Below are positions 11,336-21,598 of a stretch of DNA of 64,000 bases, in pieces; the first letter of the stretch is position 1, and every line of letters begins with the position of its first letter. Below the pieces are notes generated by a model. The model did no database searches. It saw only the letters and a program-made list of their open reading frames with translations, and was not told the origin of the DNA. The translations under genes were made by a program, and so were the position numbers. The stretch comes from Candidatus Poribacteria bacterium (GTDB lineage: Bacteria > Poribacteria > WGA-4E > PCPOR2b): contig OZ244587.1 of assembly GCA_965218095.1 (NCBI GenBank), forward strand, positions 5,984,001 to 6,048,000. The letters run 5' to 3'.

Positions 11336-12445
11336 TCATGAGGAAGACGTCAGTCCAATGAGGCGTGCGACCGTGCCACCGGAGATAAGGTCAAGGTCGT
11401 TGGGAGCCAGGAAATCACAGTAAAGGCGGATGAAGTCTATGTTTTGTTGGTACGTCCAGAACCTTGTGACTATAGGCATGTCAGTTCCCCACATGAGGCG
11501 GTCAGCGCCGATGCGCCTCACACACTCATCAATAGTCGACCGCACCTGGGGCATTGGATAGTCCCAGACATTCCCCAGCGTTATCGGAAAAAGGAGCTGC
11601 AAGTGCAGGTTGGGATTCTCGAACGGCACCCACACCGGCTCAGGCAACTGAAGTGTGTCGCCATCAATGAACAGCCGCCAGGGGAAGCCGTGCGTGTGGA
11701 CGACGTTCACCTCTGGATAGCGGTCCATCCAGCGCATCAAAGTCTCAAGCTCCGTCAGATAGCTGTCCAGACGAGGTTCCTGGCGTTCCCTCAGCGAAAG
11801 GAACACGGGAATCTTCATTTCTGCCACGCGATCCCAGAAAGGGCAAAGGCCGGGGCCATCCCAGGGCCCCGTCTGGCCGTAGAGGTCAAGCTGTGGCGGC
11901 AGGAAGTGGAGGCCCGACAATCCCATCTCCTCAACAGCGACCCGTGTCTGCTCGGCGGCGGCGTCTGGGTCGCCTACGATGAGCCATTCCTGCACATGAG
12001 CCAGGCCGAACAAGCGGTCTGGGAAACGCCGTACGCAGTCGGCGATGAAGTCGTTTCCAACGCCGAGGTACGGCGTTCGATGCAACAGGGCCTTATCCAC
12101 ACCCGCGTAGTCCATCTCCGCCACGAGTCTGTCAGCAGGGTAGGCCATGTCGGTAACCGACGGTGGGAAGTATTGTTTGACACAGGTCTCTCCGACTGCC
12201 GTCCACTCGAACCGGCCATGTGATGCAGCTCTGAAATCGGAGTCCTTGAGGGCGTCCAAGGTGGGCCACCGGCGCTGGTCGATCAGAGCGCTAGCGTCGC
12301 CCAGCGTCCTGTCCCGTGCGCGCCACACCGGTTGGTGGTGGGTAGCCATTCCGTGCTGGAGGTGGCGACGGAGGGTCTGCGGATTATCGAAGCCGGCGTT
12401 GTCTCTCAGGGACGGAAAACAGTAGGCATGTCCGTCGAAAATCAT
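11336..12445 (-). CDS. Amidohydrolase family (Amidohydro_2) protein
   Basis: IFDGHAY, EMDYAGVDKALL, DRLMWGTDMP; RBS GAGG before ATG 12445. Confidence 0.85.
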   Translation of the reverse strand: MIFDGHAYCFPSLRDNAGFDNPQTLRRHLQHGMATHHQPVWRARDRTLGDASALIDQRRWPTLDALKDSDFRAASHGRFEWTAVGETCVKQYFPPSVTDMAYPADRLVAEMDYAGVDKALLHRTPYLGVGNDFIADCVRRFPDRLFGLAHVQEWLIVGDPDAAAEQTRVAVEEMGLSGLHFLPPQLDLYGQTGPWDGPGLCPFWDRVAEMKIPVFLSLRERQEPRLDSYLTELETLMRWMDRYPEVNVVHTHGFPWRLFIDGDTLQLPEPVWVPFENPNLHLQLLFPITLGNVWDYPMPQVRSTIDECVRRIGADRLMWGTDMPIVTRFWTYQQNIDFIRLYCDFLAPNDLDLISGGTVARLIGLTSSS

Positions 12446-12766
12446 ATCGTTACCTCTAGATGTATAAGGCATGCCCTTTCACTCGGGCAAAATTCCAGGG
12501 TGGGTGGGATCAACCACCCTTCCGTTACTTTTTTAAGCATTTTGTATTGGATGCCGTTTGTTCAAAGGATCTTTCTTTGAATCCGAGAGAGGAAATTGCC
12601 ATTTTTAGCGGGAAGGAATAAAAGGATGTCTTCCTTGGGCACCCTATTGTATCATCCCATTGACTTTGGACGCCAGTATTAGATGCAATTTTTCGACAGA
12701 AATTTCAAACTCAGAAAGGGCAAAAATGACAGCAGAAAGGCGGCTCAAATGCCTGTCTTCATTGGT

Positions 12767-13027
12767 CTAAACCAAAGTCCGAAATATCGCACGTTTCTTT
12801 CTTTGTAGTCTCATAATTGGAGTGGCGTTTGTCGTTAGTGTCTCTCGTAAGATATCCAATCGTTGATCGATAATCGATTCGGCTTCAGAAAGGTGGTCGC
12901 TTACCAGCGGAGCAATGAGTAATGCAGAAAGGATTTTCGGTTCGATACCGAGCGTTTCAGCTTCATCAAACAGGTCGGAAAATTCTTGATTGATTGTTGG
13001 AGGTAGGTTATCATAGACACAATTCAT
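12767..13027 (-). CDS. Hypothetical protein
   Basis: 86-aa ORF with protein-like composition and no recognised motif. Confidence 0.35.
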   Translation of the reverse strand: MNCVYDNLPPTINQEFSDLFDEAETLGIEPKILSALLIAPLVSDHLSEAESIIDQRLDILRETLTTNATPIMRLQRKKRAIFRTLV

Positions 13028-13394
13028 TGGTATTCTTCTTTGGAGATTGCATTTATGCTCCCTTTCGTAATCGTCTACTTTGGGGTTGAATACGAATCAA
13101 TATGGTGAAGTCGTCAAACGTCTTTATCCATGCGGGTTTGCGGCGATTCGTCACTGTCGTTAACTCGGCGCTGGAGCACCACCTCGAACAATTATTTTGA
13201 GGTATTGCCGATGAAACATCAATCCCTGATGCCGGCACTGGATTTGGGTATTGACAGGGGATAGGAATTGGTTTAACATAAAATGGATTGAGACGTTTGA
13301 AGCAAGTCAATTGTTCGTGGCAAAAGTGTGAACAACTCACTGCATAATTCGGCTTTCGTAATATGTCCGTGTCATCAGAGGGGGGCGGGATCAC

Positions 13395-13763
13395 ATGAAA
13401 CGACGTACATACATCTACTTCGACCCCTTTACCGTTAAACCACAAGACAAGTGGCTGACCACACTCGGTGAAATCAAGTGGATAGTGCTCTTGCAGAACT
13501 ACCCTAACCCGTTCAACCCGGAGACGTGGATGCCTTTCGTCTTGGCAGGGAAGGCGGCGGTGACGATTCGGATATACCGTCTCCGTGGGGAGTTGGTGTA
13601 GACGTTGGACGTGGGAATGCAGTCGGCGGGTATCTACACCCGTCGGGAGCGAGCGGTCTATTGGGATGGGACGGACAACATAGGTGAGCCTATCGCCAGT
13701 GGCGTCTATTCCTACCAGCTTACCGCGGAGGAGTCCAGTCGGACGCGGTGGATACCGTGGTGA
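13395..13763 (+). pseudogene. Orphan C-terminal FlgD-Ig / secretion-sorting-like domain, with TAG at 13599-13601
   Basis: VKPQDKWLTTLGEIK-LLQNYPNPFNPETW...GELV*TLDVG.QSAGIY..RERAVYWDG.DNIGEPIASGVYSYQL; the frame continues across the stop. Confidence 0.8.
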
Positions 13764-13814
13764 AATGACGGCCAGGCACCTTGGGAAACTTTTCCAATCC
13801 AGAGGAGAAACACC

Positions 13815-14720
13815 ATGCAATTTACCGATGCGGAACTAAGACAATACGAGAAGGAGGGGGCAGTCATTATCGACAGTCCTTTCACCACTGAAGAGTTGGA
13901 CCGGGCCGAAGCGGCGTGGGACCGGTTAAAGGAGAGTGGCCGCGCAGAAGGATGGTCTAGCAATCCTCCATACGAAGACCCGGACTACGTCGACGTCGTC
14001 CAGCATCCCTACTTCGAGGAGGTAGCCAAAAAGCTGCTACGTGCTGATGCGGTGCACCTGTGGTGGGGGCTGGCGCCCCACGAGCGCGCACCAGCCAAAG
14101 CTCCTTTCGCGAGCCATCGTGACCAATGGACCAGCGGATGCCACATAGACATCCAAGCAACATGGGAGGATTTCCAAGCGACGCCCCGCCGGATGCGCGC
14201 TGAGTTGTGGTTCTGGGTCAATGACGTGCCTGAGCATCGGGGGGCCATGCGCATCCTGTCGGGCAGCCATCGCCCGATCATGAAACACTTTAGCCGGGTT
14301 CTGACGCCGGAGCACAAAGCGATGCTGCCCCGCGTCCACGGGTTGCGCCCGCATCCGGCGGACACTGCGCCGGCCTATCCCGAGCACGTGCCGGAGCTGG
14401 GAGAGGCACCCTGGATCGAGCAGGAGCCGGTTGCCGCTGTCGCACGCCGGGGGCAGATCCTGGTCCTGTGTAGCGCGGGACTACACTCTGCCTGGCAGAA
14501 TGAAGACACTGTGCCCCGCAAGGCAATAGGGACGTCATGGGTCGCCGCCGGTGTGTCCTGCGGGTTGCCGAAGAACCAGCGCGATGCGATGATGGCGTTC
14601 TTCCCCCGGCTGCGCCAGAAACTGCGTCCCGAGCGGGCTCACATCGTGCCCCAAGACTTCGACTGGCTCTTCGAGAGCAACTACGAGCCGAAATGGCCTG
14701 AGACCTTCATGGAGAAATAG
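13815..14720 (+). CDS. Phytanoyl-CoA dioxygenase (PhyH) family protein
   Basis: QYEKEGAVII, CHIDI, GAMRILSGSH, GLHSA; RBS GAGGAG. Confidence 0.85.
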   Translation: MQFTDAELRQYEKEGAVIIDSPFTTEELDRAEAAWDRLKESGRAEGWSSNPPYEDPDYVDVVQHPYFEEVAKKLLRADAVHLWWGLAPHERAPAKAPFASHRDQWTSGCHIDIQATWEDFQATPRRMRAELWFWVNDVPEHRGAMRILSGSHRPIMKHFSRVLTPEHKAMLPRVHGLRPHPADTAPAYPEHVPELGEAPWIEQEPVAAVARRGQILVLCSAGLHSAWQNEDTVPRKAIGTSWVAAGVSCGLPKNQRDAMMAFFPRLRQKLRPERAHIVPQDFDWLFESNYEPKWPETFMEK

Positions 14721-15149
14721 CCCGTGCCCGCATCAGGGGCGTAGGATTGCGTGTTCAAAGTATGTGCCGATCCACAAGGAAGTATGTCCGACATCATACC
14801 ATGAAACGCCACCACGACGCAATATGCAAAAACTCTAGTGGCTTAAACACTGGAGTTTTAAGGTTAAGAAATTTGTGATTGACGTAGTTTTATACAGAAG
14901 GCGACACTCCCGATGTCTTTGTCTACAACGCAAATGCTTTCGCCATCTCGTAGGATACCCTAAAGTAAAGAACGTACAAAATCAAACTTTGCCTTTAAGC
15001 CAATGTTGACGGGGAGTTGAAGCCCCCAAAGCACCTAAAAATTGTCCGACTACGGATTGAACTCTGCCTCAAAAAGTTGCATTTAATACTTGCGACCAAT
15101 TTTGATTATATGTCATTTTTTGTCCAAAAACAGGGATTTTATGTATTGG

Positions 15150-15490
15150 TCAACGAGTGGTCGGAAGTCGAGTTCGATCCGGGACAACCCGAGCCGGAGT
15201 GCCAGGGGAGCCTGGTGCGCTTCACAAGCGAGGACAAACAAGACAGGAATCGAATCCTGCTGGCACACCTGTCCGACAGAGAAAAGTGCTGTCGGCTGAC
15301 GGTACGCATGAGCTACGACGAATGTCGAAGCTGGCCTGTAGCCAAAGTAGTCACCGAAGGCCGCGCGGGGTACTCCGACCTGGCTGTGACAGCGGATGAT
15401 ACCATCCTCTGCCTGTACGAAACCAGGGCGGGAGTCGTCCTGGCCCGTTTCGATGTTAGCTGGTTGACCAACGGCGCCGACGGCCTGTAA
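15150..15490 (+). pseudogene. C-terminal fragment of an exo-alpha-sialidase (GH33)
   Basis: EPECQGSL, Asp-box SYDECRSW, AGYSDLAV, ILCLYE; N-terminus absent. Confidence 0.75.
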
Positions 15491-15746
15491 TTCGTGCGAT
15501 CGACAGGAAGTGACCTTGATGAAATACCGATCCGCCGAAATGATTTGGTACAAGATCAAGGAGACCGCCACGAGCGCGTCGCCGTGCTTCCCGCGACCAC
15601 ATACGAATTGTACCAGCATATCGACATCTATGGTTTTTCTATCACTATAGCCAATGGTTGATTGCCAATTGGGAAGCTGTTACACCCGGTTATGGGCGCC
15701 AAGAAACCGGGCAGCCAGCGTCTAAACCGTATCAGGAGGGTTTTGG

Positions 15747-16736
15747 ATGAAAGCAGCCGTTTATCACGGACTACGCGACATCCGCGTGGCAGATGTGAGC
15801 AATCCGAAGATCGCTGAGGATGAAATGTTGGTGCGGGTGCAGGCCTGCGGTATTTGCGGGTCGGATCTGCATCTGTACCGCCTGGGGATGTTCGAAGTGT
15901 TAGGGCGGCCGATCGACAACGGCCGCATCATGGGGCACGAGTTGAGCGGTGAGATTGTGGAAGTTGGCCTGAAGGTCAAGGGATTCCGCGTTGGAGACCG
16001 CATTACGGGTGTGGCCACAGGCGGGTTTGCCGAATATGTGCCCGTGCAAATCAGTGAACGTAGTCCCCATCCACTGCCCGACAATATCAGTTTTGAAGAG
16101 GGAGCGACGCTAGAGCCGCTTGCGACCTCGCTGCATGCCGCCGGATTGGCGCAACCGGCTCGGGAGGAAACGATCGTCATCCTGGGAGTTGGCATCATCG
16201 GGTTGGGCTGTGTGCAAGCGATTCGGGCGACCGTCGATTGCCGCATCATTGTGGTTGATGCCTCTCAAAAACGCCTTCAGATGGCGCAGCAGTTGGGGGC
16301 CAATGCGACGGTGAATCTGACCGAGGCCAATCCTGTCGAGGCAGTGATCCAGCTCACGGGGGGTGCGCAGCCGGTTGAGCGTTTTGGGGTTCGAGGTGGA
16401 AACGCCGATGTTGTCATCGATTGTGCAGGCGCCAAGGCGTCGCCGAATCAAGGCCTCACCATGCTGAAGCAGCTCTATGGCCGCTTGGTGTTTGTTGCGC
16501 TGTTCGAGCAGCAGCCGGAGCTGGATTTCAACCAGGTGGTGCGTAAGCACGTGACCATCCAGGGCTCGTGGACGTGGACCGGTGATGACTATCGTCAGGC
16601 AATCGCCCTGGTACAGAGCGGCCGTGTTGATCGCAAACCGCTCATTTCTCATGTCTTACCCCTAGCGGAGGCGCCAAAGGCGTTTGCCATTCAAGACCGG
16701 CCCGATGCGGCCATCAAAGTATTACTCAAACCCTGA
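15747..16736 (+). CDS. Zinc-dependent medium-chain alcohol/polyol dehydrogenase
   Basis: CGICGSDLH, GHELSG, GVGIIG; lacks the structural-Zn four-Cys lobe. Confidence 0.9.
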   Translation: MKAAVYHGLRDIRVADVSNPKIAEDEMLVRVQACGICGSDLHLYRLGMFEVLGRPIDNGRIMGHELSGEIVEVGLKVKGFRVGDRITGVATGGFAEYVPVQISERSPHPLPDNISFEEGATLEPLATSLHAAGLAQPAREETIVILGVGIIGLGCVQAIRATVDCRIIVVDASQKRLQMAQQLGANATVNLTEANPVEAVIQLTGGAQPVERFGVRGGNADVVIDCAGAKASPNQGLTMLKQLYGRLVFVALFEQQPELDFNQVVRKHVTIQGSWTWTGDDYRQAIALVQSGRVDRKPLISHVLPLAEAPKAFAIQDRPDAAIKVLLKP

Positions 16737-16789
16737 GGAGGGTGTGTTCATCGTCTATGTTGTGTGCGTTATGTCGGGGTAATTCATTT

Positions 16790-17000
16790 GAAGCGGCATC
16801 GTATGGCCTGGCTCAGCGCCTCTATTGGAGTGCATTGGTGGCGTACAGTCGCCACCCCATGCGAACTCTTTTCTCAGACTCCATCTTTGTCCAGTTGTGT
16901 TTACCGGCGAGAAACTCGGTCATCAGTTGTTGCTTGAGTTGGAGGGATTTCCCGTTCCGAGCCAATGGCGCCAGATAATAATCGCCGTCACGGTCAATGG
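16790..17000 (-). mobile_element. Degraded IS1634-like transposase fragment
   Basis: The minus frame gives DRDGDYYLAPLA...RMGWRLYATNA, similar from memory to IS1634 GWRxYATN; contains stops. Confidence 0.4.
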
Positions 17001-17176
17001 TCGGGTGATGGCGTTGACTGCTGAATTCCCTCTGTCAATTCGCACCTATTCTTTTGTCGTAGTCGCTTGCATGGTTGACGGCTCAATCCGAAAGAGCGGT
17101 ACACCTCACTGCTGTTTTTTTGTTGCCTGCAATCGAAATTCCAGAGTTTAAATTAAACCCAAAATGAAACCTATTA

Positions 17177-17996
17177 GGTTCTGTTGACATTTGAGTATAA
17201 GGTTGTGGCATAATAGAAGAATGATGCCAATAACCTTACCCGATGACCAATGGAAAAAGATATACTCGTTTCTTCTAACTTGTCCCAACATCTATGTTGG
17301 CAACGAAGCGACAACACGCCGCTTTATCGAAACTGTTCTCTGGGCGACCCGTAGCGGTGCTCAATGGAGACTTCTGCCAGACACCTATGGTAAATCGAAC
17401 ACCCTCTATAAGCGGTTTGCTCGGTGGTGCGACAAAGGGGTCTTCACACAGATCCACCCCCACTTCGCCGCCGACCCCGATATCGAGTCGCTTATTGTGG
17501 ACAGTACAATCATTCGAGCGCACCCGTGTGCGGCGGGTGCCGAAAAAAAAAGGGTGGCACTGAAAATCAAGCGTTAGGCTGCTCTCGCGGGGGATTCAGT
17601 ACAAAAATTCACATCACAGTTGACGGCCTGGGTAATCCCCTAAGAATACATCTGACGCCCGGTCAAAGAAACGACATAGCGGAAGCAGAAGGGTTGATAC
17701 TTGGATATAAAAGCGAGTATGTGATTGGAGACAAGGGATATGACTCCGACAATTTTATCGCGGTTATTGAGGCGAATGGAGCGATTGCGGTGATACCGCC
17801 CAAAAGTCATCGTGTGGATCAAAGAGATTACGACAAACATCTGTACAAAGAGAGACATCGGGTTGAATGTTTCATTAACAAGATAAAATGGTATCGCCGC
17901 ATCTTCTCTCGGTTCGAGAAGTTAGCTATCCGTTATTTTGGATTTCTCAGCTTTGTCGCCACTCTTATATGGCTCCCTTGAAATGTCAACAGAACC
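17177..17996 (+). mobile_element. IS5-family (IS427-like) element, 820 bp; two overlapping ORFs with an A-run/AAAG -1 frameshift site near 17543-17552
   Basis: TIRs GGTTCTGTTGACATTT / AAATGTCAACAGAACC, TA on both flanks; orfA (GAQWRLLP..YGK), orfB (SRGGFSTKIH, GDKGYDS, ERHRVECF). Confidence 0.95.
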
Positions 17997-18010
17997 TAGG
18001 AGGGAACAAC

Positions 18011-18451
18011 GTGGCAAAGATAAAGCACATCGCAATTGCAACGCAGGATGCAGACGAGACGGCCAGATTCTATATTGATGTGTTTGGCTTAAGGGAAATT
18101 GACAAGCTCGATGGCCCTAATGCGTCTGGGTATTATCTCAGTGACGGCAACATAAACCTGGCTATTCTGAATTTCAAGAATGACCAGGTAACGGGTAAAG
18201 AATACGGCAAGGATTACAGTGGACTCCACCATATTGGATTCCAGGTAGAGAGTCTAGATGAAATAGTCACGAAGCTAGTGACTGCTGACTCTGCGCCCAG
18301 GGAAGAAATTAATCAAGCCCTTGGTATTGGGATGGGAGACCAGCGTCACGCGAATGTAGAGGTTAAGTATGGCGGGCCGGATGGCGTGATTATCGATGTT
18401 TCAGAGACGGGTTGGGTAGGCACCTCAGGACTTGACAAAGAAAAGGCTTAA
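18011..18451 (+). CDS. VOC/glyoxalase family protein
   Basis: GTG start after GGAGG; KIKHIAIAT, GLHHIGFQV, GPDGVIIDV. Confidence 0.9.
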   Translation: MAKIKHIAIATQDADETARFYIDVFGLREIDKLDGPNASGYYLSDGNINLAILNFKNDQVTGKEYGKDYSGLHHIGFQVESLDEIVTKLVTADSAPREEINQALGIGMGDQRHANVEVKYGGPDGVIIDVSETGWVGTSGLDKEKA

Positions 18452-18727
18452 CTGAGGCCGATCTGAATACGAATCCGAACAAAGAACCGGTTTCAGGAAA
18501 AAACGTGGCTGCAGAAGAAAAGGTCGAAATGCTGTAGATATTTTCTACATTATGCGTAGAAATAGCTCGGCTCTTTTCGTCCACAACAATCGTGGAAAAA
18601 ACGTTCATTTTTGTCGTACACATACCTCGGCAAATCATTAATAAATCTCATCAACTTAGCCTTCCTGGTTTATTCTGAAAGATGCTGAGGTCTGCCCCCG
18701 GTCTGGAATTGGTTAAGGAGAATTGAC

Positions 18728-19807
18728 ATGAGAATAACGGATGTGAAAGCCCACATATTCACACCGATGAAGTTGATTTCGCGGAATACGGGGCCGTTTT
18801 CGCTGATAGATTGGTCCAGGTTGGCGTGGGGAATGGGAGATTCTGCCCTGGTCAGAATCTTCACAGACGAAGGGGTGGTAGGGCATTCCAAAACAAGCCC
18901 GGATACGGCTGAATACATGGTCATGAATAAATCTGAGTTGGATAACGTCGACCCTTTTGACAGGCTCAAATTGGAGAAGTCGTTTAGATGGACAAATGAT
19001 GTGGTTACCGCCCTGGATATATATCTCTGGGACATAGCCGGACAGGCCCTCGGGCTTCCCATTTACAAGTTCTTAGGAGCATATCGGGAAAAAATCCTCG
19101 CCTACGCCAGTTTTATCCAACTCCCCACAGAAAAGGCCTACCTGCAGATAGCGTTGGAGTGTAAAAGGAATGGCTACAAAGCCATCAAGATCCACCCTTA
19201 CTGGGGCAGCGACTGGAAAAGAGACATCGCCCTGTGCACGGCGATCAGAGAAGCGGTAGGGGACGAGATGATCCTCATGTTGGATCCAGTTCAGGCATAT
19301 GATCGTTGGAGCGCCATGAAGGTAGGTAGAGCAATCGACAAACTGAATTTCTACTGGTACGAAGACCCGATATCCAAAACAGACCTGACGGCTTACGCAA
19401 ATCTGTGCAAGTCCCTCGACGTAGCCATAACAGAAGCAGAGGGGATGGGTCTACACACCTTGGCTGAGTATATCCGGAGAGATGCAACCGATATCCTCAG
19501 GTGCAGCCTGGAAGGAGGGATAACCGGCGTCATGAAGGCCGGGCACTTGGCTGAGGCTTTCAACATGAAGTGCGAGCCTCATAGCTGGGGGTGCACTCTG
19601 GATCAAGTCGCAGTTCTCCATGCTATGCTCGCCATGGAGAACTGCGACTTCTTCGAACTGCCAGTCCCAGAGGGCATAATGGATCAAGTCTCCAAGGACG
19701 TAATAAGGATCGACGAGAAGGAGTACGTGCATGCACCAAAGGCACCCGGGCTCGGCCTGGAAGTCGACTTCGATGCGATCGATAGGTCCATGGTCAAGGT
19801 ACTCTGA
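18728..19807 (+). CDS. Mandelate racemase/muconate lactonizing enzyme family protein (enolase superfamily)
   Basis: ALDIYLWDIAGQALGLPIYKFLG, KAIKIH, metal ligands D/E/E, PGLG. Confidence 0.9.
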   Translation: MRITDVKAHIFTPMKLISRNTGPFSLIDWSRLAWGMGDSALVRIFTDEGVVGHSKTSPDTAEYMVMNKSELDNVDPFDRLKLEKSFRWTNDVVTALDIYLWDIAGQALGLPIYKFLGAYREKILAYASFIQLPTEKAYLQIALECKRNGYKAIKIHPYWGSDWKRDIALCTAIREAVGDEMILMLDPVQAYDRWSAMKVGRAIDKLNFYWYEDPISKTDLTAYANLCKSLDVAITEAEGMGLHTLAEYIRRDATDILRCSLEGGITGVMKAGHLAEAFNMKCEPHSWGCTLDQVAVLHAMLAMENCDFFELPVPEGIMDQVSKDVIRIDEKEYVHAPKAPGLGLEVDFDAIDRSMVKVL

Positions 19808-19830
19808 CAAAGTTCAACTCTCATATTTTA

Positions 19831-20749
19831 ACCCAAGTTGCTAGTAATTGAAAATCCATGGGTTTTCCGTTAAAGTAGAGGTAATCCAAACCATAATACC
19901 TCAAAGGAGAAACCCATGGACATCCAAATTGCAACCATTTTCTATCTCTGTGACAAGCTCTTAGAAGCACTCAACTCAAAACCACACCCACAAACGCAGA
20001 TGTCTGATGCCGAAGTCATGACCACCGGCATCGTCGCTGCGTTGTTCTTCGGGGCAAACTTGCAAACCACTTGTGACTTTCTAAAGACTCATGGCTATAT
20101 ACCCAAGATGCTTTCAAAAAGTCGATTAAACCGATGTTCACCACATTGTTCAAAATCTTGGGACGAAGCTATGTGCAACTTAATCAACAGAAAATCTATG
20201 CACTGGATACCATACCAATTGCTGTTTGTTCCGCATTCGTCGGTCAAAAATCTATACCGATAAGGCATATCGAGGCTATCAAGCGTCCAAACGTCGGTAT
20301 TTCTATGGCTTGAAAGTTCATCTGCTAGTGACTGCGAGTCGACACCCTGTTGAATTTTTTGTGACCCCAGCCAGTACAGGGGACGTTGAAGGGTTACAGT
20401 GGTTTGACTTCGACTTGCCACCGGGCTATGGTGACAAAGCATACAATAATTATGAGATAGAAGATATTGTTACATCAGTCGGAGTCGAATTAAAGCCAGT
20501 ACGCAAGAAGAATTCCAAGCGGCTGTATCCACCATGGGAGACCTACTTGGCTAATTACCATCGTAAGTCTGTTGAGACGGCTGGCAGTTTGATTAACAAA
20601 CTGCTTCCACGTTCAATCCATGCAGTAACGCAACACGGATTTGAATTGAAAGTGGTCTTGTTTGTATTGGCTAGCAGTATCAATCAGCTCTGAGTTCACT
20701 CACATATTCAGTTCACTCACATATTCGATGAATAGGTCGCAACTTGGGT
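19831..20749 (+). mobile_element. IS982-family element with a frameshifted transposase
   Basis: TIRs ACCCAAGTTGC / GCAACTTGGGT, 7-bp TSD TATTTTA. Three small deletions versus the copy at 60596; 17-bp tandem duplication near 20692-20726. Confidence 0.92.
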
Positions 20750-20756
20750 TATTTTA

Positions 20757-21160
20757 GGAGGAACAACACATGCCTGTAACCTGTGACGATATAGACCTCG
20801 ATCTCAAGATCGCTGAGTTCAAGATCAAGTGCTTTCACCTCTGTTTCACAGGCGGTAACTTGCTTGTCAAGATCTTCGAGAATCCGCCGCTGTTCTTCGG
20901 GAGAATTGTTGAGTGCAACCACCATTCTCTTGATTTTGCCCTCTCGCCACTTTAAGAGTGCTTCGTGCTCGGCGTGCGCATTGTCCAAGTCGATTTTTTC
21001 TTCCTCGATTTTGGCCTTCAGCTACTCGATTTGTTCGGCAATCGTTTTCCCAGGGATTACGTGGACATCACTGCCGTCGTAACTGTCAAGTTCGAGGAGG
21101 AGTTTTGCTTGAGTTTCGATTTCCAAGATCTTGGGCACCGCTACCCGATCGTAGCCCACG
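20757..21160 (-). pseudogene. Coiled-coil protein fragment with in-frame TAG at 21022-21024
   Basis: Frame reads ...PGKTIAEQIE*LKAKIEEEKIDLDNAHAEHE...; its 3' end lies at the IS982 boundary. Confidence 0.4.
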
Positions 21161-21234
21161 GTTCAAGGACTATAGCTCAATTCACACAGTTGAATCTCCA
21201 TCACCTCATTCCACAGATTCTTCCTTCCTTAGCA

Positions 21235-21539
21235 TTCACGGCCTCATCGAGCAGGTCCGGGAGGATTCTCGCAGTCAGGATCGTACTAGGGGAGCCCTGG
21301 TCAATCGCTTGGAAATGGCACAGGGCTGGGACCTGTTTTCCGTCGCCGAGAACGATTTATCGGAGATCCTTGACCCGTTTGCCATTAATGTCTTAGATCT
21401 CAGTGTACGGATCTGGCTGTTAATCGATGAGGCGCAACGTTTCGTCCTCACCGGACGATCGACCCTGTCCAAAGAAATACTCATCACCTGGGCCAAAGAG
21501 GAGCGTCAACTGTCCCAGAGAGAAACCCCGTTCCGGTGA
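21235..21539 (+). pseudogene. HerA/FtsK-like ATPase C-terminal fragment
   Basis: INVLDLS...WLLIDEAQRF (Walker B)...TWAKEER; no Walker A or start codon. Confidence 0.55.
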
Positions 21540-21598
21540 TGGTAATCCGCGTCCCCCCTTCCAGCAGGCCCACATTCGGCGTGTGAATCTTTCACGTC

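Noticed and set aside
13053-13820. 255-aa minus-strand ORF
   Set aside because: Half of it is antisense to the sorting-domain remnant, and the rest has no recognisable features.
2197-18483. 15-bp exact match ACGAATCCGAACAAA at 2197 and 18469
   Set aside because: A match this long is expected by chance in 64 kb, and the flanks are unrelated.
20757-21539. Intact HerA-based defence system
   Set aside because: Only a Walker B fragment and a stop-containing coiled-coil fragment on opposite strands.
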